This document shows, in pieces, positions 1 to 10,928 of a stretch of DNA of 41,471 nucleotides. The DNA is taken from assembly GCA_013115145.1 (NCBI GenBank), contig JAAPAO010000301.1, forward strand, positions 1 to 41,471, given 5' to 3'. The notes below the pieces were generated by a model, which was not told the DNA's origin, ran no database searches, and worked only from the letters and a program-made list of their open reading frames with translations. Position 1 is the first letter of the stretch; every line of letters starts with the position of its first letter. This DNA comes from Perkinsus chesapeaki ATCC PRA-425. Taxonomy: Eukaryota; Protista; Perkinsozoa. The position numbers were made by a program, and so were the translations under genes.

Positions 1-135
1 AACCCCCCACCTAACCCCATAAACGGTGTCCCTGGCAAAAACCAGGTTTTCGAAAACCATTAAATGCCCCCCCCCACCGTTTTTTGGGGGAATAACCCAC
101 AACCCCCCCCATCCCCCCCCCCCCCCCCCCCCCCA
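1..135. other. Low-complexity C-rich, homopolymer-rich start; probably low-quality contig-end sequence
   Basis: Long C runs (about 103-134) plus A, T and G runs with no regular repeat unit. Confidence 0.6.
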
Positions 136-199
136 ATACTACATCCTAGCCTCCTCCTCTCTGGTCTGTAACAGTTGGCTCCTTGGCCTTGGTGACACA

Positions 200-1400
200 C
201 TATGAAGCCTCTTGATCCCTTGTGAATGGAGACCTAGTGGCTGGTGGGCCCACAGCGATACATCTACTACTGGACCGGCCTGCCATGAGAAAAAATCTGA
301 TAAAGGCCCACCGATAATTCTAGGCGCTCACTTCTTGTATGAACCTATCGTACTCTGCCAGCAAGCCGCTGCTGGGATGATTACAGCAGTTCTGAGACTC
401 CTTGAACACAGATGTCCACGAGCCCACCCCAGAGAACAGTGGCCTGCATTCAACATGCTACAAAGCTGACAGACAGCAAGCTACTCCTCAGCAATATTGA
501 CCGCCTTCTCCCCAGCAACCTCCGGAGACCCCAATCTTGTGGCTCCACCATCCTTGGAATTGAAGTACCTATCAGCGACTCCTCTTCTCTCCCCCCGCCA
601 TTTGCCTCTTTACCCAGCCTTCGCTAACATCGACCAAGTCTTCTCCTTCCTAGTCAGCACTTCCTCGTTAGATAACACCCTCTTCCTATCCCTGCCCTTA
701 TATCTCCCATAGTTGAATCGAAATAGCTGTGGACACTCAGTTCTCTTAAGGTGATGCCATTTATAGTCCCTCCACCGTCCACGCTCAGCTGTCTCCCTAT
801 CAACCTCGCGAGAATCTTTCCTCGATTCCAAGCTCGGCGATCCCTACCAAACACGCAATCCAACTGCGTCTCATGCTCCAGACAACCATTACCGCCAGGA
901 ATGCATCCGCCCACTCCGGGAACTTGATTCTCTCCATTATAGATTTCGATCGCTCATCTGCCTTTAGCATCGCCACAGGCTTCACCTTCACCGGAGGCGG
1001 CGGGTCCAAGAAGTGGCCAAGGCTCCCAAGCATTGACGTCTCTTCAGTATGCCTGACAGCTCCACCATCGCCTTGTCTTCCCTAGCTTGCTTCACAGGGC
1101 ACACCGAACACTGCAGAATTCCTCTATAGCTTATCGAAACGACATTGAATCCTCAACCGTCGCCCAAAATGAGCACTCGACAGTAACAGACGCCACTACC
1201 CCCAATTTTTCCGAGCGAGTAGATCCCCACTAAGCCACACAACTTCGCACGACAGTCATCTTCCTTCCCAAAGTACTACCCTGGCCTTTCCACCATCCTT
1301 CTCTCCTCTCCATCGCTGTCCAGCAGCATCTGGGCCTCCACGAAGCATTTCTGTGAGCCACCACAGCACCTCACCATCCTGTTCCCACCGTAACACTCAC
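200..1400 (-). CDS. Probable spliced hypothetical gene; boundaries uncertain
   Basis: ORFs 800-1033 and 610-831 can be joined via a GT..AG intron (FPEWADAFLA ^ ...RWRDYKWHHLKRTECPQLFRFNYG...). No family recognised. Confidence 0.3.
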
Positions 1401-2060
1401 ATCTCCATCCATCCACTCCAGTCGCCCTAAATCCGCCGACTCAGTGCTGGAGTCAGCGTAAATCATCGACGATCAACGCCATCAGAGGCTTGAAAAGAAC
1501 TGCAATAACAGCACAGACGTGGCCATAAACTCAACGCTCGAAGGCTCACGGTGGTAATGAGAGCTTCGACGGCGGCGGTAATGGTACGTAAATATATTAG
1601 TATACTAATGGCACCGTCCTATTCCTCTCGCTATAAAGAGTAACACAATCTAGATTAACATTATAAGGCAAGCAACAGGTTAATATAACAGACCCCTGAG
1701 GAGTAGAAGCGGTAAGATAACAGTCTAATAAGAATGGATTTGCCATCCTAGGTAATAAAGGAGGGATGCAGCTGGTGGCAAACTAATAGAAAATTCAACT
1801 TTTATACAACTGGTATCATCGCAGCAGCAGCCGAGGAGGAGAAGCGCGAACTATCCCCTTGGGGCGGCAGAGGTAGGGAAAGGTACAAAGCCGAGTCGAT
1901 GCTAGCAACGGGAATGGTATGTAATAGACAAACAGCAGCATCGACGATGATACTAATCTCAGGCTTCTGCATTTCGCCAGGCAAAACTTAGCGGAGCGAA
2001 GCCGTAGCCGGCAACAATTAATCTACATAAAGCAATCTAATTCACCGATCCTTCCTCCCT

Positions 2061-3898
2061 TTAGTACTTCTTTTCCGCCTCTGCCCTTTCCTGAGCTTGC
2101 CTAGCCTTCCTCCTACTCTCACGACAGGGCTCTATCCATTGTACTGCATCCCTGGCCAACTCATCCACATCCAAGTCCCTCAAGGAGCTCTTAAACGTGC
2201 ACACTACTCGCTCTTGGAGGACCTCCATAGGTTGTGGTTTAACGTCCTACCATCCGAGCATTCCCTATCCCCCATCACCTGCATCCCACCTTAGGCTGCT
2301 CATCGGCTGTCTCTACGGCACTGCCGGTTCCCGGCTCGATGGCCTTCCGGCCATCTTCTCCTTCCTCCGCGCAGCGCTTCAACTTCGGATACACCAGTTC
2401 GAGCGATGCTAGCATAGCAGCCAGCACCGCATCAGTGCCTAACAGCACCAGATAAGCCAGTCAGAGAAACGGTGCCATCTGTTACCATCCAATAGGAATA
2501 TATCCCAAAGTCGAGCTGGATGCATTGCCAAGGACTTCGACCAAAGACAAAGCATAGGCTCCGCACATAACTGAGGCACATGGCCATCCGGCACGCTGCA
2601 CTAGCCCACCAATGCCCACCCAAAGCCTGGATATTTCCAGTCCATCCAACAGCTTCTTTATCTCTGGGAAATGCTCCGCCAGCAGCCGGTCCAAGCGAGA
2701 GATGTCCCTCAGAAAACTACCACAAGCATTCCTCCAGCTAGCATCACATTATTACCCTCTGAGGTTCTTCTTATCGTAATAGTCCTTATTTATAACCTCT
2801 ACAAAGGCAGCAAGGACCAGGTAAGCGGTCTCATCATCCAATCCAGGAGCAGGGACGGACAACAATGCATTAACGATGAAGTTCATGCCTTGGCAGTACC
2901 CCACAGATGGACTGAATCTCAACAGTCCCGCTAGCCCGCCAATCCCTCACTACTTCCGCAATGCATAGGCCATCAATATGGTCCTCATTCTGGCCATCTT
3001 CTCTTCAGGTATGCCAGTTGCTGTCCTAGGAATATCCATGTCGATCTGGTGCACGACCTTGGCGTCCAGAGCGGAGGAATCATCAGGATGCAACAGCAGC
3101 AAGGCAAGAGCGTCAGCATAGCCCAGTTGACAGGAGGAATCTAACGCACTCGATAGAAAATGCAAAGAGGACACTGCCTTACGTTGCAGGCGCTTTGTCG
3201 CCCAAATCTTCCACAACTTGGGCCGGCACTCGGCTGGCACTCCAAATGAATGTACCAGCGGCCGGAGCTCTGACCGATGGACCTGTCCAGACGATCGCTC
3301 TCTACGGTCGTCCAAGCCTTAGCTACCTCCTCTATTGGTCGACCAGCTATCACCTTCTCCCACCGTCCTAGTCGATCCATATCATCCGTACTGGGTAGAA
3401 GAGACCATCGGTCCGAACGAGGCGCAGCAGTTTCGGAATCCGCCATGGGTTTCGAATCAACCTCTGGAGAATCTTCATCATTCAAGGACTGGTTCATGAT
3501 CTGACCATAAGATATCTTTGTCAGCTCTCTGTCAAAGGCCTACTGCTAAAGGATGCCGGTCAACTATCATTTTGAATAGACTTTCTCCACTTAAGTCCAC
3601 AACGTTCCAGTCCGAACTCACACTAGGCGACCGAGTTGAGGAATCCACGGAAGATTCTCGAGGTCGTTCCTCGGAGCTCTCTGTTGTCTCTGATAAGATA
3701 ACAACCGTCCCCATCAGCTCGTAAAGCCGTTCGCCTACCTCGCTCACATTTGTCTTGTTTTTTCGTGTCGTCGTCGTCGTCGGCCTCGGCTTTCGACGGC
3801 GTCCCTCCCTTATTTTCATTGGTATTATCATCTGCTTTATCTTCGGGGCCAAACAGAAAGTCCGGTATGGCCCGCAATGTGTCTAATAGAATGGCCAT
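2061..3898 (-). CDS. TBC-domain Rab GTPase-activating protein, multi-exon
   Basis: Spliced motifs GVPAECRPKLW, HQIDMDIPRT and AYALRN^PSVGYCQGMNFIV, which match the TBC IxxDxxR and YxQ signatures. ATG at 3898; last exon ends ...EAEKKY* at 2061. Confidence 0.9.
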
Positions 3899-4058
3899 AG
3901 ACAAAAACGCAACGAAATCAATATGAAAAGTCCCAAGAGAGGACAGACGATTATGCGTGAGCGAGATATTTCGTTAGCTCAGTGTTTTAGCGCGTGTAAA
4001 ATCGCTTCCTGGGGGCTTTTATTGTATCCGCGCAAGTCCAAACCTTCCTTGATCTATC
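3899..4058. promoter_or_regulatory. 160-bp divergent intergenic region; candidate bidirectional promoter and strand-switch point
   Basis: Head-to-head ATGs at 3898 (-) and 4059 (+). Confidence 0.45.
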
Positions 4059-5375
4059 ATGTCTCCGCCTGGCTGGGATCAACCCGAATCTTTTCCCCCT
4101 TCTAACGGTCCTGCCTATCCTGACGGCGCGGCCAACTATAATACCGAACAATACTCAGGCAGGTATCCCTCCAATGGTCAAGGCTCGAGGTCGAAAGATC
4201 AGGGTGGCCGTGGGGGCCGTGGAAGGCAACGTCGCCGCGGGCAAAGTAGTTCTGATAGCAGCAGTAGTAGAAGCCGTTCCCGTGGGAGAGACAAGAGACG
4301 ATCAAGACGCAACAGATCAAGAAGTGAACGTCGAAGGTCTCGCAAAAGTGGTTGGGATGATTCAACTGAGCCTAGCGGCGGCGGTCAACAACAGAGCAAC
4401 TTCAGCTCATCGGCGTTCAGTGGTGGAGGCTTTGATTCGTCTACATTGGCAATGCAACAAGTACTGAATGGTGGTGGTGCTGGACAGAATAAGAAGGCCA
4501 AGGAGCTCTATGTTGGTAATCTTACCAAAGGCCAAGCTAATATGGCCAACGTACGAGAGTTCTTCAATAATGCTCTAACCGCCCTGCCCGAGTATCAACA
4601 GAAATACGCCCACATCCTGCCCGCTGGATGCATCCGTGAGGTCAGGCTGTCTCCCTGTGGCCAATATTGCTTCGTAGAATTCGCCTCGGAAGAGATCTGC
4701 GTCACCGCCTTGGAATTTGACCGTGTCGAGTTCCTCGGTCGTCCTCTACGAATTGCCAGGCCCACCGGGTACAACCCAGTAGGGCCTGCCTCCCCTCCGA
4801 TGGATGTGAGCGTTCTGAGGATCCAAGGCTTCCTACCACAGAAGGCCATGGCTTCGAATCCACAACAGGACAAGAGACAGAGGGAGATCTATGTTGGCAA
4901 CTTGGTCAGTGGAGTGGTCACGGCGCAAGTTCTGAGGGATCTCTTTGAACCGGCCTGCAAAGTGCTGCCCGACTACAACCCAGCGCTTGGCCCACCAGTC
5001 ATCTCTGCCGATCTGCGCGGAGAAGGAAGATTTGCCTTTGTCGAGTTCCAGAATGATAGACTCTGTACTGCCGCTATTGACATCTTCAACGGCATGGAGG
5101 TCCTTGGCCGTCGACTGGTTGTTAACCGTCCTCAAGGCTATGTTGAACCAACCGATGGTCCGGCCGCCCCTACTAGTCAACGGCCCATGATTGGCGGCGG
5201 TGGTGGCTGGGATGCTCAACCAAGCCAAGGATGGGGTATGAATTCTCAGCAAGGTTGGGGTGGTGATTCGATGCCTAGAGGAGCTCCTGGTCAACAAGGA
5301 TATTATGGTGACTCAGCCGTGGAAGCCGGAGCGGTTGCGGCACAGTCGTTAATTCATGGGTATCCTACAAGGTGA
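4059..5375 (+). CDS. U2AF large-subunit (U2AF65)-like splicing factor: RS region, ULM-like motif, two RRMs
   Basis: 438-aa uninterrupted ORF with an RS-rich stretch, RRSRKSGWDD, RRM1 (ELYVGNL...YCFVEF...LRIARPTGY) and RRM2 (EIYVGNL...FAFVEF...VNRPQGY). A possible donor at 5372 could extend the gene. Confidence 0.8.
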   Translation: MSPPGWDQPESFPPSNGPAYPDGAANYNTEQYSGRYPSNGQGSRSKDQGGRGGRGRQRRRGQSSSDSSSSRSRSRGRDKRRSRRNRSRSERRRSRKSGWDDSTEPSGGGQQQSNFSSSAFSGGGFDSSTLAMQQVLNGGGAGQNKKAKELYVGNLTKGQANMANVREFFNNALTALPEYQQKYAHILPAGCIREVRLSPCGQYCFVEFASEEICVTALEFDRVEFLGRPLRIARPTGYNPVGPASPPMDVSVLRIQGFLPQKAMASNPQQDKRQREIYVGNLVSGVVTAQVLRDLFEPACKVLPDYNPALGPPVISADLRGEGRFAFVEFQNDRLCTAAIDIFNGMEVLGRRLVVNRPQGYVEPTDGPAAPTSQRPMIGGGGGWDAQPSQGWGMNSQQGWGGDSMPRGAPGQQGYYGDSAVEAGAVAAQSLIHGYPTR

Positions 5376-5490
5376 GGGCATCGTTATAGTGGTGGTAACA
5401 TTTCTAACCTTTTATGAATATATCCCATCCTGTGTCTTGTTAATGTTAGTCGATGGTCGAGGCTGGCCGCTTGTAGTTTTTGTTTTACCC

Positions 5491-6704
5491 ATGGAAGGAT
5501 CTCCGTGGCCATCTGTCGCGGCTGCTCCCCAGCAGCCCTCATTCCCGCCGCCTCCATCAATCGGTTACCCTCCGAGCGTGGCTATGGCTTGGGGCCAACC
5601 CCAGCCAGCTTCTGAGGACCTATCCCAGCCTCATATGAGCAATGGTACAGTATTCGACACGGCAGCTAGTCAGCACCTTCAGCCCTCCACTACACCACAA
5701 TTTGATGGTCAACAGCATTACAATACGACAGGATCACTGGCCGACCCCTATAGTGCTCCACCAGCCCAGGTAAGGCTTTAAGATACGATAACATTATTAA
5801 TGCTACTTAGAGCGGCTATCAGCTACCGGCCACGGCGCCTGTTGTTAGTAACCCTTTGGAGGAGAAAAGAGAGGCAGCTTTGGTAGGTCTAGATGCTGTC
5901 GGCCTGTCTTTGGCGATGTTCTTGACAGATGTGCATTGGCAAGTGCTTGTATGCCCCCGAGAAGGAACTTGGCATGCCACCACCGGTCTATGGGGCATGC
6001 GTCCGGCCAGCTGGCTTCGTAAGATGTCTTCTGTATTGTACCGCTCCACTGTGTGTCACTCAGTCTCCATTGACTGGAGAGTTTGTCGAGCCCTCAGCTA
6101 CAAGTAGGAGGCTCAGTAACGCATCCGCGCTCACGGAAGTGCCCGCTGTCCAACGAAAAGCGTCTGCGTCGAGCGCCTTGCCGGTGGCACCTTCGCCTCG
6201 AGCGGCACTGCAGCCCCAGGTCGCCTCCACCACCACCCAAGGAGGGGTTGGCGGACTGGCACCACAGTTAGAGCAGATGCAAGAGCAGCTTGATATGATG
6301 ACACGACAGATGCAGTCTTTGCTGTTAACAAGGGTAAGTCGGAATCGGAGGATGTCAGCGGCAGTTGTCTCTGTCAGAGCCAGGCACAGGTCCCACAGAT
6401 GCCACCTTCATCGATGCCACAACAGTACCCTACATACGCAGCGAGTCCTTATTACCCGCCTCAACCAACTGGCAACCGGAGCAATTCGGTGGCGACTCTG
6501 CCGCAACAGCAGCCGAGGTCGCCGTACCCGGTCACAGATAGGCCGGCACCGAAGGTAAGAAGGTAAAATCTTTCTAGTGCGCAACTAGGTTGATTTTAGA
6601 GCTCCCTATTGGACATTGAGGAGAATGAGCGGAAGATGCGCGAGCTTGATTTTAAGCTCAAGCGGCTCCAAAAGGATATCCGGAACACTCGCCTCGGCCG
6701 ATGA
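5491..6704 (+). CDS. Hypothetical Pro/Gln-rich multi-exon protein with short coiled-coil segments
   Basis: Exons join in frame via introns of about 41-46 nt (e.g. 5883-5928, 6019-6063) and end ...RELDFKLKRLQKDIRNTRLGR*. Confidence 0.55.
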
Positions 6705-6850
6705 GATCCCGTCACTGTATCGTTTTACCAGCAGTAGTACACCTGATACATTGCCTGTTAATAAGATTTCACCAGACGAGAGAGCTCTTGCCTTCGGAGG
6801 CTATCGTTGTTATCGAGCAGGTTTCCGCCTCTTTCTGTTGTTGTTCCAGA

Positions 6851-7649
6851 ATGCCAGTCCAAGTTCTCAGTAACGCTGTCGACACCTCTATTACCTGGTT
6901 GGGCGCCTATCTGCCGGTCGAGGCCGCCAGAGAGAAGTTCCCCCTCGTGAACACTGGCATCGAATTGGCTGACACCTATGGCAGGCCTCTCGTTGTGAAG
7001 GTGGATTCCAAGCTGGACGGAGCAGTTGATAGGGGCAGCAAGATACTTGAGGTAAGACAGTGTTGATGGAGGGAATAGTAGTGATACTCCAGAGCATCCG
7101 CAGCAACTCGGACGCCATCGTGGCCATGATGGGCCGCATCAGAGAGTCCTTCTCTGAAAACAAGTCGGCTGTCCAGACTAAGATAACAGGTCTTGCCGAG
7201 GATGGCAAGCATCAGCTTACTCATTTACAGGAGCTCACGGTCCAAACGGCAACCGATACCTACAAGGTAAGCATCAGCATCAGCAGCATCGATTAGCGGT
7301 GGGGAACGGTGGCGATTTCAGGTGGCATCTGCCAGGATTCAAAGCAGCATTCCTAGATCGCTCCACGTTGATGTGCATCTGGTGTTCGATACCAATAACC
7401 GTGTTATAGGCGGCATAGTTAAAGCCAAGGACCATCTGGTCACTATCACCACCAAAGGTTGGTCATACGGTAGAGAGGGATTGATGACACGCTGGCTTGT
7501 GGTGGTGGTCAGGTCTGGATATGACTGTTGGTGAGGATCGCCGTAAGATTGTCGTTGAGCGTGGTACCGAGGCATTCGATTACATTGTCGGATACGCCAA
7601 GAAGTTCATGCCCGCCCTCCCCAACGAGGAACCCCCTACTGCGGAGTAG
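6851..7649 (+). CDS. Hypothetical helical protein, weakly perilipin/PAT-like N-terminus
   Basis: ATG after a pyrimidine tract and AG (6849). Exons MPVQVL...GSKILE ^ SIRSNS...TDTYK ^ ... ending ALPNEEPPTAE*. Confidence 0.5.
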
Positions 7650-8031
7650 CTGCTGAAGTTTTTATCACTTGGTCAGCTCAACGCTGATGCTGCTGCTGCT
7701 GTCGACGACTATCTTAAGATTTGTTCCCTTCTCCTTGTTCGAAGGATGAACGGGATATTGTGTAACTATGAAAAGGCCAACCGGAGGTCGTCGTTGTCGT
7801 TACTGTCGTCCATTCCCTCAATTTTGCGGATCAGCGGTCTCCGCTATCCACATAGGTAGAGCAACATTTTATCTAGCACGCGTAGTTTCTGGTGGTGCTG
7901 CTGCTGCTGCTCCTCCTCTTCCTGCTGATGACAGTAATGATAGGATTACCTAGTTAATAGAGTACCCAGCTGAGCAGTTATCGTTGCGTTGAACAACACT
8001 AGTGGGTTGGTATTGTAGTGGGCTACCTTGA

Positions 8032-9714
8032 ATGCTGTCGGCTCACGAGGCTGATATTTTGGGGGAGGTGGATTGCCAGATAAATTTGTCCTCTGATGAG
8101 GAGGAGCTGCTACCGGAGGGCTGCAGTGAAGATGTAATGGCGCTTATGCCTTGTCGGCGGATAGGCGATGGTGTAGGGCGACACGCTAGCTGGGCTTTGG
8201 GCAGAGACAACGATGATGACACCTCCCATGGAAAGGGAGCGAGCCTCATCGGTTGTATTTCGACGTCATTTGACGGGAGAGCTGGTAGTAGGGAGAGGTG
8301 GCCCCTTGGGTAGGGCATTTATCAGGCGAAACAAGAGCCAGAGCGAGCAGTGCTACAGGAGGATATCAGCCGATTGGCCAGGCAGCTCAATGCTCAGTCA
8401 GCCCAAGAGCCCATGGAGCAGGGAGACACTGGGCATGACCAAGGAGGTGAAGGAGTGCTCGTGAGTGTTGCCAGCAGCCTGTGTGTTACGGTAGGGTCTG
8501 GTCCGTGCCATAGCGTTACCCCTCCCGCAGAGGATATGATGGGCGGATACTCCTACAGCGACCTGGCTTGGGATGCATTTTTTCTGCCTCTGACAGCTCC
8601 ACTGTGGGTGGGGCGATCGGCTGTTACAGCTACCAAGGCGGCAGCATCAATGACTAAGAATAAGGTTCAGGTAGTAGGGAGGGGCCGCTGGGGCGAAATG
8701 TGTCGCTTTGGGGAAAGACAAGCGGTAACTTCGTAAACTGTAGAGCTGAATTGGGAAAGTGCGATAGGTGTTCCAACGTCATCTTTGCCTTAGTCGACGG
8801 TGAACCGGATGGTTGCACCGGTACTGGCCCGCATCTCACCTATATACCCTCTGGTAGCACCGATAATAGCGGCTTTGAATCAGCTGACACCTCGAAGGGC
8901 TCAGCATGCAGGGAGGGTAGTATCAACGGTCGTGGCATATGGGTCACAGGCGGTGACGAGCGAGGAATATCAGAAGGCTCAGAGGGCCACCAGAGTGTTG
9001 GTGCGGGAAGGAGTGGGGGCGGCCAGCACCCCGGAGGTCCGGCAGGTCCTGGTCCTCTTGGGGGAGCTATGGATGCGGATCATGGACGTCATGGCGTCTC
9101 CTCAGGCGAGGGCCGTGGGGCAGAGCGCTCACCGATTGGTGGTTGGTGGTCTGGCGGCACTTCATTCGACTAACACTGATCGTTTTGTGGCAGCGGTATC
9201 CCGATATTTGTCAGCTGCTGTGGATTTCCTGGCGAGTGAAGATGTGGCAGCATTTGTGGGCGCTACTTTGAGAGATGTGGAGATGTGGCTTGAAAGCGAG
9301 CACGAAAATTGGCAGAAGGAGAAACGATATCGGGCGGAGCGAAGCAGGGAAGGGGACTCGCCCGAGGGCAGCAGTCCGGCCATGTCCGACAGAGGGCTCG
9401 ACGGTGGCCCGGTCTCGGGAGAGGGGGAGCTGGAATGTGATGTGGCAGTTGCAGCAGGCGAACTGGCTAGGCAGCAACCTCAGAGTGGCGAAGTGAGAAG
9501 GAGACGGGAAAGAGTGCTGCGGAACGCAGTGAGTCGGATGCCACCACCAGCGGACAGGCAGTCGGTGAGACGACAAAGTACTATTGATTTGGTGGGGGAG
9601 GGCAGGGCAATATTGGGGAGGATAGAAAAGACAGTTAATGTAGGAATGCTACTTGTGGTACTGTGGTCTGTTATGGGCATGTATGGCCTGGCCAAATTAG
9701 TGGGGCTAGCTTGA
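8032..9714 (+). CDS. Hypothetical protein with amphipathic 23-aa helical repeats and a C-terminal transmembrane anchor; 5' end uncertain
   Basis: 304-aa terminal ORF 8800-9714 ends in hydrophobic VGMLLVVLWSVMGMYGLAKLVGLA*. Upstream exon-like segments at 8330-8670. Confidence 0.55.
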
Positions 9715-9801
9715 GAAAAATATAAGTTGACGGTCTCGAAATGGAATGACAAGTGTTGCTGTTGGTGGTGACTCGCTGGTGGTGACACGCTTACTGTTAG
9801 T

Positions 9802-10791
9802 TTGCTTTGTATGTTTGTTTCTGCTTCACCGACGTCATCGCCTTCATCATTCTCATCACATAGCGCTGCTCAAGCAACCGCCGCCGCCGACAACGACAGC
9901 GGAGCGGAGTATTTAGAGGCCGCCGAGAGGAGGACGTATCTGATGGGCTTGCCCGAGGAGGTCCTCAGATTACAGGCGGACGAGCTGGCCGTGCCGGCCG
10001 ATGCAACCAAGGCTCAGATCGTCAGTGCGATCCTGCGCGCGCAGAACATCGGACGAGATAGAGTCGTGGCAGTGAGGCTGGCAGAGGCCATGGGCGAGCC
10101 GGATCAAAACTTTACACCGCGCGTCCGGCGGCCGACTTTTCTTGACCTTACCGCTGACGAGGGCAGTAGCAGTATAGAGGAGGATGCTAGGCCAGTGTTC
10201 AGGGGAAGGAGCGACTCCGATTCATCTTTTATAAGTGCTAGAGAGTTCCCTCTTGAAGCGGTATCTGTTAGTAGTAGGAGCACCCAACATAGTGGAGCAG
10301 TCGATGATGATCATGAGACTTCGAGCGTCGCCAGTAGGGCCTCTTATATGGCAGAAAATATACGGGCGGTGATTGGAGCCGTCGGACAGACTTTTGTAAG
10401 AGGGGTGATGGCCACCCTGTCCGGAGCTGCAGCAGAGGAAGGAGACAATATCGAGGAGCCATCTCTGGCGGCCGTCCTGGCTGCGGAAGGTCCTGTGGGG
10501 GCCACCGACTCCGAGATAGCATCACTTACTATGAAATCAATATGCCAGGAGACCAGGGGGAGCTGTGCGGTGTGTATGGACAGCCTGCAGGCAGGAGAGG
10601 AAGTGAGGACGCTGCCGTGCCTACATCGGTATCATGTGGCATGCATTGATGAGTGGCTGAAGAGCAGCCCTACTTGTCCAGTATGCAAGACCTCAATAAT
10701 AATGGGAATTTATGAAGGCAGTAGTTTACCGGCGGACAACCGGCATAATGGAGGCAGAGGAGGGATTCGGAGGAGATGGGGGCAACACTAG
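9802..10791 (+). CDS. RING-H2 zinc-finger protein, putative E3 ubiquitin ligase
   Basis: CAVCMDSLQAGEEVRTLPCLHRYHVACIDEWLKSSPTCPVC is a C3H2C3 RING. First ATG is at 9811; exact start uncertain. Confidence 0.9.
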   Translation: MLCMFVSASPTSSPSSFSSHSAAQATAAADNDSGAEYLEAAERRTYLMGLPEEVLRLQADELAVPADATKAQIVSAILRAQNIGRDRVVAVRLAEAMGEPDQNFTPRVRRPTFLDLTADEGSSSIEEDARPVFRGRSDSDSSFISAREFPLEAVSVSSRSTQHSGAVDDDHETSSVASRASYMAENIRAVIGAVGQTFVRGVMATLSGAAAEEGDNIEEPSLAAVLAAEGPVGATDSEIASLTMKSICQETRGSCAVCMDSLQAGEEVRTLPCLHRYHVACIDEWLKSSPTCPVCKTSIIMGIYEGSSLPADNRHNGGRGGIRRRWGQH

Positions 10792-10928
10792 CAATAGATG
10801 GTGGTGGTATTCTGATATACACTTGAGTGTTTCAATTTCGTCTATGTAACTGTTCATTTTCTGATCTCTATCGCGCGTTGTCTTATATTAACATCTACTC
10901 CCTTGCAGCGTTTTTCCCTCAACCTAGC

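Noticed and set aside
1-135. C-rich start as telomeric repeat
   Set aside because: No regular CCCTAA or CCCTAAA unit; irregular homopolymers look like poor-quality read end.
200-1400. Retrotransposon fragment at the contig end
   Set aside because: No RT, RNase H, integrase or gag zinc-knuckle motifs found in the frames examined.
6701-6704. ATGA stop/start overlaps (also 23142-23145) as bacterial-style translational coupling
   Set aside because: Any A before TGA creates ATG. At 6701 a better start follows a splice acceptor at 6851, and the gene structure is eukaryotic.
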